NCBI GenBank assembly: GCA_045589595.1
Contig: JAZNPK010000010.1
Span: 3-64,002, forward strand
Reading direction: 5' to 3'
Length of the DNA stretch: 64,000 bases
DNA from: Victivallales bacterium
Lineage (GTDB): Bacteria > Verrucomicrobiota > Lentisphaeria > Victivallales > UBA1829
A program made the position numbers and the translations under genes. Under the pieces are notes generated by a model, which did no database searches, was not told the origin of the DNA, and was given only the letters and a program-made list of their open reading frames with translations. Below, one piece after another: positions 17,944 to 26,551 of the stretch. The first letter of the stretch is position 1, and the number at the start of each line of letters is the position of its first letter.

Positions 17944-19896
17944 TCAGAATGTGAAGCGGAAGATGATCTGTTCGCAGACGGCGGGCGCGCGGTCCAACTG
18001 TACGATCGAGTCATTGATGCGCCGGAACGGGATTTCTTTCCATGTACCGTCGAGGGTGAGTTCTTCCACATACGCCGGTGTGCGGACGAGGCGGACATCC
18101 GTATGATCCAGAATATCGACCGAAAGATTCTGGACCACAAGCAGTTCCCGTTTATCTGCAAGGATGCCGTGGCGGACGAGTGTCTGCTGATCGGCATTTT
18201 CCACGCTCATTTCAAAGGTGGAACCGTTCAGGGCGTCAAGGATCTTTTTCAGCCACTGACGGCGGGCGGGACGCAGGATCTTGAAAAATTCCATATCGGT
18301 ATGCCAACCGGCAACCGCGATCCTGCCGCCCAGTTCGTTGGTGAAGAACGTCACTGCGGGTGCAACGGGTTTCAGTTCATCAAAGCGGGGATTGCCCTGT
18401 GCGAACATCGTCAAGACCTGAACCTGATCGTTGATGGGGACCAGTTCCGCCAATTCGGGATCCCACTGACACCATGCGGTGAGATTGGTTTCCGGATCGA
18501 ATTCCGTACTGAAATGGAAATCATCGCCGCCGTCAGATGCGGTGACGCCCATCAGCGGACCGTAGCCCCGTTCGGTCAGGATTTTTGCCGCTCTGCCGTC
18601 GATGAGCAGTTTTCCGGAGAACATGCTGCGGATCTCTTCATCTTTGAGCAGGGGGATCTCTGCGGACGTGAGTGTCTGGATCAGATCCGTTTCCGGAGCC
18701 GTATAGAACACCGGGAATGCGAAGGGGGAGAATACCTGCAGGTTCCAGCAGCGATAAGGCATACTGGGTTCACCGGCAAGACAGGGGTGCAATGCTGCCG
18801 GGGGATGGAACATGGGAGATGCCACACCCTGCCACCGGATCCCGTCCACGGTTTCCGCCAGTTTTTCATAAAACGCCATATTGTCCCGCAGTTTTGCTTC
18901 GTACCGGGCCTGTGATCCGGTATTGACGGGCTGATTGAATTCACTTACCCAGAGTTTGCTGCCGTTCAGACCGCAGAGGATCCCATTGACGATATGGGCG
19001 TGGAACATATTCGCGCCGACGCTGTAATAATTCTGGGGGAATGTATCGCTTTCCGCGATCAGATCTGAAACGCCGCTGATCTGGTATTTCACGATGTAAG
19101 TATTGTAGAGTTTGCCGAAAAAAGTGTTCCGGTGCTGATTGCCGTAAATGGCATTGTTGATCCGGATGAACGGTTCTGTTTTGCCCGCAAGAATATGTGC
19201 GGCATCGCTGACAAAACCATAGCCCAGACTGGGGGCGCAGAGACCGCAGCGGCAATCGGGATCCACGCTGTCGATGGCTGCCCGGATCTCTCCGGCAAAA
19301 TCGAGAACCGTTTTGCGCCGGATCTGCATCACCGTCTGGATCACCGGATCTTCAATCGGGCGGGTATTGATGATCTCCTCCAGTTCCGCTTTGGTGTAAT
19401 TCGCACCGAGGGCGCGGTTGTATTCCGCCATGTGCAGCGGACAGAAACATTCGTTGCGGCGCAGCCCGAAGTCGTCATCCACCAGCAGGAATGCCGCACC
19501 CGCACGGACCGTTTCCGCGCAGGCTTCCCGGATATATGCAACAAAATCCGGATCCAGGTGACACATCCGCTGGGATTTCTTATCGCCCAATTCAACAGAA
19601 CGCTGCCAGGTCTCATCCGTCATGGGAACTTTGCCCGACCAGCCATGTCCCTGTGTACTCTGGATCAGTACGCCCAGTTCAATATCCGTCCCTTCAAGTG
19701 CTGCACGGATATGCCGGAATGCCGCTGTCAGCTGATCGATCTTTTTCCGCGCCGGATAACCGGTGGGGTGATAACTGAAACTGAGCGCGAAGCAGTCAAG
19801 TTTTACATCCCGGTGCTGACGGAGGATTTCCGAAACTGCAAAATCCACATCACGGAAAACAGGTACGATATTGATGAAATGCAACTTCTTTGCCAT
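17944..19896 (-). CDS. hypothetical 650-aa cytoplasmic protein (possibly carbohydrate-active; family not recognised)
   Basis: Long ORF with coding-like composition, an AAGGA RBS and no signal peptide. It sits inside a glycan-utilisation gene neighbourhood. Confidence 0.7.
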   Translation of the reverse strand: MAKKLHFINIVPVFRDVDFAVSEILRQHRDVKLDCFALSFSYHPTGYPARKKIDQLTAAFRHIRAALEGTDIELGVLIQSTQGHGWSGKVPMTDETWQRSVELGDKKSQRMCHLDPDFVAYIREACAETVRAGAAFLLVDDDFGLRRNECFCPLHMAEYNRALGANYTKAELEEIINTRPIEDPVIQTVMQIRRKTVLDFAGEIRAAIDSVDPDCRCGLCAPSLGYGFVSDAAHILAGKTEPFIRINNAIYGNQHRNTFFGKLYNTYIVKYQISGVSDLIAESDTFPQNYYSVGANMFHAHIVNGILCGLNGSKLWVSEFNQPVNTGSQARYEAKLRDNMAFYEKLAETVDGIRWQGVASPMFHPPAALHPCLAGEPSMPYRCWNLQVFSPFAFPVFYTAPETDLIQTLTSAEIPLLKDEEIRSMFSGKLLIDGRAAKILTERGYGPLMGVTASDGGDDFHFSTEFDPETNLTAWCQWDPELAELVPINDQVQVLTMFAQGNPRFDELKPVAPAVTFFTNELGGRIAVAGWHTDMEFFKILRPARRQWLKKILDALNGSTFEMSVENADQQTLVRHGILADKRELLVVQNLSVDILDHTDVRLVRTPAYVEELTLDGTWKEIPFRRINDSIVQLDRAPAVCEQIIFRFTF

Positions 19897-20023
19897 TTGC
19901 CGTTTTTCCTTATGTTGTTTGTTGAAACGGTATGTTGAAAGAGGATGGAATCAGTTCAAATATAATCTGTTCCGGTGATAATACAATCGGAAAACAGAAA
20001 AAATCAACAAAAAACGGAAGCGT

Positions 20024-21052
20024 TCAATACCCGCCCAGACTTTTGAGCCACGGCACAATATCGTATCCCCTCAGCGGAAGGTCCATAAAGGTCTTGGGGA
20101 AACACAGCCCCGAAAGCCCGATAAGACACAGCACAATGGCACTGATCTGAAGCGCCGTGACTTTTTCCCGGAGTTTCAGAATGGAATACAGAGAGAAGGA
20201 CACGATACAGCTGCCCACCATCAGCGGATAACACACCGATCCCGCTCCGGCTCTGCCCATCGCATCCAGTCCGGGATAAAGAAGCACATACGCCAGAAAC
20301 AGATTGAAGGGCAGCATCCCGAGAACATAAAGATACAGCCAGGGATTTTTCAAACCGGAAAACATCTCGCCCGCACTGTTTCTGTCGCGGACATACCGGA
20401 CAAAGATCCAGATGCACGCAGCAAACAGTGTGCCTCCCGCCGCGCACAGAGACCGCAGGATGGGAGAAATCAGTTTCGGACTTTCAAAATAGGCGGAGGG
20501 CGCTGCGGAAATATTCTGCTGAAGGGCTGTAATGGCAAGAGCAAGCAGCGCATAAAACCGCCAGGATTTCCTGATCGCCGTGGCAGGCTGGACTTCCTGC
20601 TGATTTTTTGCCATGGTGAAAAATACAAGTGCGATCCCGACCAGAATGATCCCCGCAAGATTCGGCACCGTTATGGCCTGGGCAAATAGCAGCAGCCCCA
20701 CCATATAGGGAAAAATCAGAGCAGACTGCATAATGCCCCAGACCGCGCCGTTCGGACCGCGTCTCATACCCGCGCTCATTGCCTGAAGCCCGAAGTAGTT
20801 CACAAAGTTGCCGCAGAACAATGTTGCGCAGGTGAACAGGATTTCTTTCGTGCCGCATGGAGTCGGTTTCATGAAGAAAAATGCAATGCACGAGCCGACA
20901 AGCAGGGTCGCAACTGCGCCGGTAAATTGTATCAGCGCCGTTTCAACTCCGCGTTTCGGAGCATCACCGAAAATGATGCCCACCAGACACCAGCTTGCCC
21001 CGACCATCAGCAGGGCGAAGATACCGAAAACGAGATCGGGTAACCCGAACAT
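20024..21052 (-). CDS. polytopic membrane transporter, DMT-superfamily-like (RhaT-like sugar:proton symporter candidate)
   Basis: About 10 hydrophobic segments in about 342 aa. Start set at MFGLPDL (ATG 21052, AAGGAT RBS). Confidence 0.6.
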   Translation of the reverse strand: MFGLPDLVFGIFALLMVGASWCLVGIIFGDAPKRGVETALIQFTGAVATLLVGSCIAFFFMKPTPCGTKEILFTCATLFCGNFVNYFGLQAMSAGMRRGPNGAVWGIMQSALIFPYMVGLLLFAQAITVPNLAGIILVGIALVFFTMAKNQQEVQPATAIRKSWRFYALLALAITALQQNISAAPSAYFESPKLISPILRSLCAAGGTLFAACIWIFVRYVRDRNSAGEMFSGLKNPWLYLYVLGMLPFNLFLAYVLLYPGLDAMGRAGAGSVCYPLMVGSCIVSFSLYSILKLREKVTALQISAIVLCLIGLSGLCFPKTFMDLPLRGYDIVPWLKSLGGY

Positions 21053-21157
21053 GATCCAGAATCCTTGTTGCTTTCTGTTTTGCTTTGGAAAAGGTGTATC
21101 CTTTAATATACACCTGCAACGCCTTGTCTGCAAGCGCAGAAAATCATGTCAGGATGA

Positions 21158-22522
21158 TTATTTTTCAAATGTTACCAGAAATGCAGCGGAGCCGTTTCCG
21201 TTTTTGATCAGGGTCAGTGTATTGTTCCGCCAGATCAGTTGCGCCGGAACCAGATCATGATCGTTGTCCAGCACCATCGCCGTAACGGATTTTGCGTCTT
21301 CCATACCTGCAACTTCCACCTCGATCGTGGCTCTGGTCCCCAGAAAATCTGTGATCAGCAGACTGCCTTTGTTCTGTTCCGGATCGACAGCCGCAATGGT
21401 ATAAGTCTTCCGGTGAAGGGCGGTCGATTCCACCTTTTCGGAATTTTCCGCAAGAAACTGACCGAACATCTTCATGGAATAGAAATTTTTTGTCAGGCGT
21501 CTGAACTCATCCCGGAATCCCCACGTCCCGTCAATGGCAGCCCCGTAATAGAATCCGGAATCCAGCGGCTGATCCTGCCAGCCGGAAAGGACCGCAAGAT
21601 TGAAACAGGCGGAATCAATGCCGTGTATGCCGCAGGGACCTTCCACCGCATGACTGCGCAGTTCCGGCGTGGCACTTGACTGGACCCCGACCCATGATGT
21701 GATGTAATGCCATTCATTGATGCAGGTCTCGGTCTCTGTGAAACCGCGTGCATCCAGTTTTTCACGGACCCGGCGCGGCTGTTCGATCAGATCGTCTGCG
21801 TTGGCGGAATAACAGTGCCAGGAGAAAAAGTCGGGCTTGACACCGGCTTCTTCGCAGGCGGTCAGAATGAGATTGAGATACCAGTCACTGATGCCGCAGA
21901 GTGCAGGTCCGCCGATTTTGAGTTCAGGAAATTCGCTTTTCAACCGTTTGAGTACCGTTACAAAAAGTTTTACAAAACCCTCTTCCGTGCCGCACCAGGC
22001 TTTTGTACTCAGATCCGGTTCGTTCCAGAATTCCCAGTAAATCATATCGTTGTACTCAAAACCGTTCGCCCAGCCCTTTGTATAGTGCCGCACGATCCCT
22101 GCCAGAACTTCAGCATATTTTTCATAATCTTCCGGGGGCAGGGTGTTGTAATGTTCATCCGCTCCGCCGGTCCCTGTGTGTTCAATGCTGGTGCCGAGAC
22201 GGTAGAAGACCGCCATGCCGCAGTCATGCGCCAACTTGATGATGTCGTCGGTCGCGCGGAAATAATAATTTTCCGGTTTTGACGGATCAAGATGCATCAG
22301 CGGAAAAATAAAATGCGTGTCGATCATACGCTGTCCGGCATTCCACAACGCCCAGTCGTGCGTACGCGTACCCCAGAAATTCATTTCCTTGAATTCCTGC
22401 GTAAAATCAATGAGCGCGCGCGAGGCGAGGGGCGTACAGGAATTGCTGCCGTGCTGTTTGTGACGCAGTGTCCCGGTCCGTTTGGAAAAATCCACTTTCG
22501 CTGCTGTCGTGACTTTGGACAT
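21158..22522 (-). CDS. glycoside hydrolase, clan GH-A (family uncertain, GH39/GH5-like)
   Basis: WEFWNEPDL is a clan GH-A acid/base NEP motif, and CINEWHY is a candidate nucleophile region. The start could alternatively be 22549. Confidence 0.7.
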   Translation of the reverse strand: MSKVTTAAKVDFSKRTGTLRHKQHGSNSCTPLASRALIDFTQEFKEMNFWGTRTHDWALWNAGQRMIDTHFIFPLMHLDPSKPENYYFRATDDIIKLAHDCGMAVFYRLGTSIEHTGTGGADEHYNTLPPEDYEKYAEVLAGIVRHYTKGWANGFEYNDMIYWEFWNEPDLSTKAWCGTEEGFVKLFVTVLKRLKSEFPELKIGGPALCGISDWYLNLILTACEEAGVKPDFFSWHCYSANADDLIEQPRRVREKLDARGFTETETCINEWHYITSWVGVQSSATPELRSHAVEGPCGIHGIDSACFNLAVLSGWQDQPLDSGFYYGAAIDGTWGFRDEFRRLTKNFYSMKMFGQFLAENSEKVESTALHRKTYTIAAVDPEQNKGSLLITDFLGTRATIEVEVAGMEDAKSVTAMVLDNDHDLVPAQLIWRNNTLTLIKNGNGSAAFLVTFEK

Positions 22523-22676
22523 AAGAACTATCCTTTCTGAAAAGTTCATTGTTTTTTTTATTCAGAACTGCTTGCAAAAAAAAGTTCATTGCTTTATATT
22601 ACACCCGATCCGGAAAAAATTCAATGCACTATCCTGACGATTTTCTTATCTTTACTGCCAAAACGGAGATGTGGCG

Positions 22677-23546
22677 ATGGAAGAAAAAAAACTCTATTAT
22701 CTGTATGACGAAGAACGTCTGCTGGATTATCCCTACCGTCTCATCGCCATCGGTTGGATGCCTCATCATATCCACTTTCATAAAAATGCGAACCTGAAGT
22801 GCAGTTTTGTCTGTATTTCCAGCAATATGGAAAGCGCCGGATGCCATATCAGGAATGGTGTGGAGATCAATTCGGAACCGAATCGTTTGCCGCATTTCGG
22901 CATGCTGAAGCCCGGAACGCGTATCCATACCATCAAGGCGTCTTATCACGACGAGATCTTCTTCATGTACCCGGCAGAAACGTATGAGGATCTGCTGAAA
23001 CTTTTTCAGTGCAGTGAAGATGAAAGCTCCTTTTCTTTTTCTGCTGTTCCGGAAGATATCGTGATCGAGATCCGGAAGGAATTGCTCAACCTCAACAGCC
23101 CCGGTACCGCGGACCGTCTCGACCAGTTGGCGATCCGTCTCTTTTCCGAGATCATTCTGCGCCGCCGGATAAATGACGATAAAACCGATACACCATCCAT
23201 TAAACTCCATACCATCGCCGCTGAATTGAAACGGGGCGTTCCCCTGCAGCACCTCCTGAAAGAATTCGGATACAGCGAACGCACCTTTTACAGAGAATGG
23301 AAAAAAATCTGCGATGTGCCCCCCAATGAATACAGGATCCAGGCAATGCTTCATACCGCGTGTACCCTTCTGGCTGAAGGCGGGATGACTCACGGCGAGA
23401 TCGCTCAAGTCTGCCGGTTCGATAATATGAGCTACTTTTATCAGCAGTTCCGGAAACGGATCGGTATGACTCCCGGTGCGTACCGGAAAAAACATAAACA
23501 TAACATTTTCCCCGCAGAACAGAAGGCTCAGACTGATGAAGATTGA
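22677..23546 (+). CDS. AraC family transcriptional regulator
   Basis: C-terminal AraC HTH (ERTFYREWKKICDVPPNEYR ... MSYFYQQFRKRIGMTPGAYR). It is divergent from the GH gene. ATG 22677 is preferred over GTG 22671 because of RBS spacing. Confidence 0.85.
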   Translation: MEEKKLYYLYDEERLLDYPYRLIAIGWMPHHIHFHKNANLKCSFVCISSNMESAGCHIRNGVEINSEPNRLPHFGMLKPGTRIHTIKASYHDEIFFMYPAETYEDLLKLFQCSEDESSFSFSAVPEDIVIEIRKELLNLNSPGTADRLDQLAIRLFSEIILRRRINDDKTDTPSIKLHTIAAELKRGVPLQHLLKEFGYSERTFYREWKKICDVPPNEYRIQAMLHTACTLLAEGGMTHGEIAQVCRFDNMSYFYQQFRKRIGMTPGAYRKKHKHNIFPAEQKAQTDED

Positions 23547-24108
23547 TCCCATAGACATCATCCTGAAATTTTATCCGGACGATACCCCGCAACGGCAGAT
23601 GCTCCTGAAACACAGTCATCAAGTCCGGGATAAAGCACTGGAGATCCTCCGGTCTCTGCCCCCGGAAAACGCTGAAAACGGGGAACTTGATCCCGATACC
23701 GTCGCAGCCGGCGCAATGCTGCACGATATCGGGATCTGCCGCTGTTATGCACCCGGTATCCTCTGCAACGGCCCCGAACCGTACCTCGCGCATGGTATCA
23801 TCGGCGCCGGAATGATCCGGCAGCTCAATCCGGAACTGGAAGTCTTCGCGCGGATCTGCGAACGCCATACCGGCAGCGGATTGACCGCAGATGAAATACG
23901 ATGTCAGAACCTGCCCATCCCCGAACAGGATTATCTGCCGGAAACAAAGTGCGAAAAGTTGATCTGCCTCGCCGATAAGTTTTTTTCCAAGTCCGGCGAT
24001 ATGAAAGAAAAATCCATCAGCCATATCCGGAAAAGTATGGAAAAATTCGGTGCCGGTCCCCTGAAACGGTTCGATGACCTGATGAAAGAATTCAACCTGA
24101 TCCGGTAA
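23536..24108 (+). CDS. HD-domain phosphohydrolase
   Basis: Motifs HSHQVRDKA and LHDIG (HD motif). The start overlaps the AraC stop by 11 nt. Confidence 0.8.
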   Translation: MKIDPIDIILKFYPDDTPQRQMLLKHSHQVRDKALEILRSLPPENAENGELDPDTVAAGAMLHDIGICRCYAPGILCNGPEPYLAHGIIGAGMIRQLNPELEVFARICERHTGSGLTADEIRCQNLPIPEQDYLPETKCEKLICLADKFFSKSGDMKEKSISHIRKSMEKFGAGPLKRFDDLMKEFNLIR

Positions 24109-24126
24109 AAAAGAAAAACGGTCAGA

Positions 24127-24225
24127 GGCGGCGGGCGCGGCACGCCGCAAAAATGTTTTTTTGCGGCTGGACAGCTGCCGCTGTCCGTGGCGGTCTGCGA
24201 CCGCCACAGTGCCGCGCCCGCCGCC
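24127..24225. repeat. Nested palindrome element D (closing stem plus three hairpins)
   Basis: 17-bp perfect closing stem GGCGGCGGGCGCGGCAC (24127-24143) / GTGCCGCGCCCGCCGCC (24209-24225). Inner hairpins lie at 24144-24167, 24169-24186 and 24187-24207. Confidence 0.8.
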
Positions 24226-24265
24226 GGAAATCTGCTTGAGTTCTCCGGAATCGGGGCAAAAAAAA

Positions 24266-24341
24266 TGGAGCCAATGATCGGAATCGAACCGATGACCTGT
24301 TCATTACGAGTGAACTGCTCTACCGACTGAGCTACATTGGC
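24266..24341 (-). tRNA. tRNA-Thr (anticodon CGU)
   Basis: The reverse complement folds as a canonical cloverleaf. Arms are acceptor GCCAATG/CATTGGC, D stem GCTC/GAGC, anticodon stem GTTCA/TGAAC with loop CTCGTAA, and T arm ATCGG-TTCGATT-CCGAT. The CCA end is encoded. Confidence 0.95.
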
Positions 24342-24355
24342 ATCACATGCGGACT

Positions 24356-24383
24356 AATATAGCACGCTTTCCATTGATTTCAA
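24356..24383 (-). promoter_or_regulatory. sigma70-type promoter for tRNA-Thr
   Basis: On the minus strand: TTGAAA (24383-24378), 16-nt spacer, TGC-TATATT (extended -10, 24364-24356). The -10 lies about 15 nt upstream of the mature 5' end. Confidence 0.5.
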
Positions 24384-24419
24384 GCGCAAATACAAAAAAA
24401 ATCCTTTTTTATCCCCGCG

Positions 24420-24743
24420 TCAGATGGGAAATTGCAGGTTCAAATAATACAGCCACATCAGAACTGCCAGCGTTGCTGCGCCTGCGGCAAAAATCGCACG
24501 GGTCCAACTCTTGAAGATGAACGCGCAGATCATCAGCAATGCGCCTGCTGCTGTCACAAGAACGGAGAGGGGCAGTCCGCAGCCGATCGCCACATAAAGA
24601 CAACCTTTGACGGTATGGGCGGTGGCGGTCGGTTCCTGCAGAAAGGGGCGGGTAATCAAAAGCCGGACGAATCCGTAGATCAGTCCGGCAAGAGATAACA
24701 TGATCACGACGGGGAGCATCAGAATGGAGATGATCAGCTTCAT
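24420..24743 (-). CDS. small hydrophobic membrane protein (3-4 TM), unknown function
   Basis: Starts 22 nt downstream of the guaB stop with a GAGG-like RBS and is strongly hydrophobic. The antisense ORF 24432-24698 is rejected. Confidence 0.55.
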   Translation of the reverse strand: MKLIISILMLPVVIMLSLAGLIYGFVRLLITRPFLQEPTATAHTVKGCLYVAIGCGLPLSVLVTAAGALLMICAFIFKSWTRAIFAAGAATLAVLMWLYYLNLQFPI

Positions 24744-24765
24744 GACCGCCGCCTCGTCAACAGGA

Positions 24766-26265
24766 TCAGTTTTCCTGCATGTAATTTGGTGCGTCTTTCG
24801 TCATCAGGATATCGTGGGGATGCGCTTCTTTCAACGCAGAACCGCTCACGCGGATCACTTTCGCAGTTTCGCGCAGGGCAGGCAGCGTCCGGGCGCCGCA
24901 ATATCCCAGAGAATATTTCAGACCGCCGATGAACTGATGAATAACTTCCCACAGAGAGCCGCGGTAGGGGACCATCCCTTCCACACCCTGGGGAACCAGT
25001 TTCTTGGTATCGTCAACATCGCGCTGACCGTACCGTTCACGGCTGCCTTTGTTTTTCTGCATTGCTTCCAGAGAACCCATACCGCGGTAGATCACATAGC
25101 GTCTGCCGTTGCGGAATGTCTTTTCGCCGGGGCCTTCCAGTGTTCCGGCAAGCATGCTGCCCATCATGACGCTGGAAGCGCCGATGGCAAGCGCTTTTGC
25201 CACATCGCCGGACTGCTTGATACCGCCGTCTGCAATAATGGGAACTTCTTCGCCGATGGCTCTGTAAGCTTCATAGACTGCTGTGACCTGAGGCGTACCG
25301 ACGCCTGCCACAACGCGGGTCGTGCAGATGGAGCCGGGGCCGATCCCGACCTTGACAGCATCCACACCGGCATCCAGCAGGGCTTTCGCCGCATCATAGG
25401 TGGCAATGTTGCCGGCAACGATGTCGATGCCCGGATAACGGTCTTTGAACATCTTGACGGTATCGATCACGCCTTTGCTGTGACCGTGTGCTGTATCCAC
25501 AACAAACGCATCGACTCCGGCATCTGCCAGCGCCTGAGCGCGTGCTTCATCGTAAGGGCTGATGGCGGCAGCCGCACGCAGACGGTGTTCGCCGTCGCGG
25601 TTGTACGCCGGTTCCATATTTTCAATGATCGAACGGACATCGGAGAAACTGTAAAGACCCGTCAGGAAGCCGTTGGCATCGATGGTGGGCAATTTGCCGA
25701 CTTTGTTCTTCAGCATGATCTGGAACACTTCCTGAAGGGAAGATCCTTCGGGCGCGGTCACCGGAGGTCTGGTCATCACATCCGCGATCTTTACATCATA
25801 CTGCGTCATGAACTTGATGTCGCGGGCAGTGATGATGCCCACAAGTTTGCCGTCAGAATTGATGATGGGGAAGCCGGAGAAAGAATAATCGTTGCACTTC
25901 TTTTCGTTGAGCATTTCCTGAACCGTCTGGTCCTCACGGAATACGACCGGCGTACGGATGAAACCATTGAGGTACTGCTTGACTTTGCGGACTTCATCCG
26001 CCTGCGCTTCCGGACTCAGGTTTTTATGGATCACACCGATCCCGCCGAGCTTCGCCATGGCAATCGCCATCTCACTCTCTGTCACCGTGTCCATCGCAGC
26101 ACTGATGAAGGGGATGTTCAGCTTGATGTTCCGGGTGAAATTCGTGGAAACATCCGTTTCATCCGGCAGAAAATCGGCATACTGAGTCAGGAGGGAAATG
26201 TCGTCATAGGTCAGACCTTCATGTTTGAACGTCGCCATGAACCCGTCAATGTACTGGTTGCTCAT
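24766..26265 (-). CDS. guaB: IMP dehydrogenase
   Basis: Motifs [18 protein letters not shown], a CBS pair, and the catalytic loop [12 protein letters not shown], plus GGIKQSGD. Start set at MSNQ (ATG 26265, GGAG RBS). Confidence 0.92.
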   Translation of the reverse strand: MSNQYIDGFMATFKHEGLTYDDISLLTQYADFLPDETDVSTNFTRNIKLNIPFISAAMDTVTESEMAIAMAKLGGIGVIHKNLSPEAQADEVRKVKQYLNGFIRTPVVFREDQTVQEMLNEKKCNDYSFSGFPIINSDGKLVGIITARDIKFMTQYDVKIADVMTRPPVTAPEGSSLQEVFQIMLKNKVGKLPTIDANGFLTGLYSFSDVRSIIENMEPAYNRDGEHRLRAAAAISPYDEARAQALADAGVDAFVVDTAHGHSKGVIDTVKMFKDRYPGIDIVAGNIATYDAAKALLDAGVDAVKVGIGPGSICTTRVVAGVGTPQVTAVYEAYRAIGEEVPIIADGGIKQSGDVAKALAIGASSVMMGSMLAGTLEGPGEKTFRNGRRYVIYRGMGSLEAMQKNKGSRERYGQRDVDDTKKLVPQGVEGMVPYRGSLWEVIHQFIGGLKYSLGYCGARTLPALRETAKVIRVSGSALKEAHPHDILMTKDAPNYMQEN

Positions 26266-26305
26266 AATCACATTCTCCGTAGCAAGTTTTATCATTTGCC
26301 AATGT

Positions 26306-26333
26306 AATATAGCAGAAAAATCCTGTTTTTCAA
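26306..26333 (-). promoter_or_regulatory. sigma70-type promoter for guaB
   Basis: On the minus strand: TTGAAA (26333-26328), 16-nt spacer, TGC-TATATT (26314-26306). This is the same 9-mer found upstream of tRNA-Thr and hisD. Confidence 0.5.
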
Positions 26334-26382
26334 GTTCAAGAACGCAAAATATAAAAAAATATCAGAATTTTTTAACGCCACG

Positions 26383-26550
26383 CACACCCGCAGCACAAAC
26401 AGGGCGCGGCAGCGCATCCCGCCGGCGGGATGCCGCGTCCTTTTTTCCGGCAGCAGCCCGCCCGCGGGCGTCTGCCGGAAAAAAGAATGCCAGCCGTGAG
26501 CGTGCTGCTCACGGCTGGCTGCCGCGCTTTGTTTTGTGCTGCGAGGTGTG
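26383..26550. repeat. Nested palindrome element E (closing stem plus three hairpins)
   Basis: Left arm 26383-26413 pairs with right arm 26518-26550 (about 27 bp with a bulge and an internal loop). Inner hairpins lie at 26414-26433, 26440-26485 and 26489-26519. Confidence 0.75.
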
Positions 26551-26551
26551 C

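Noticed and set aside
24127-24225. Cloverleaf elements as tRNA-like, tmRNA, riboswitch or other known ncRNA genes
   Set aside because: The arms are far longer than tRNA arms and no conserved D- or T-loop sequences are present. There is no promoter or terminator pattern of an independent gene and no conserved ligand-binding core. The structure is equally good on both strands, which is a DNA-palindrome property. They are kept as an unexplained repeat family instead.
24100-24420. tRNA-Thr as the boundary of an integrated genomic island
   Set aside because: No integrase, excisionase or phage/ICE genes lie on either side. I found no direct repeat of the tRNA 3' end in the window. The flanking genes are ordinary housekeeping and regulatory genes.
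24700-26307. 535-aa plus-strand ORF
   Set aside because: It is the codon-aligned shadow of guaB and has no recognisable motifs. guaB on the opposite strand is certain.
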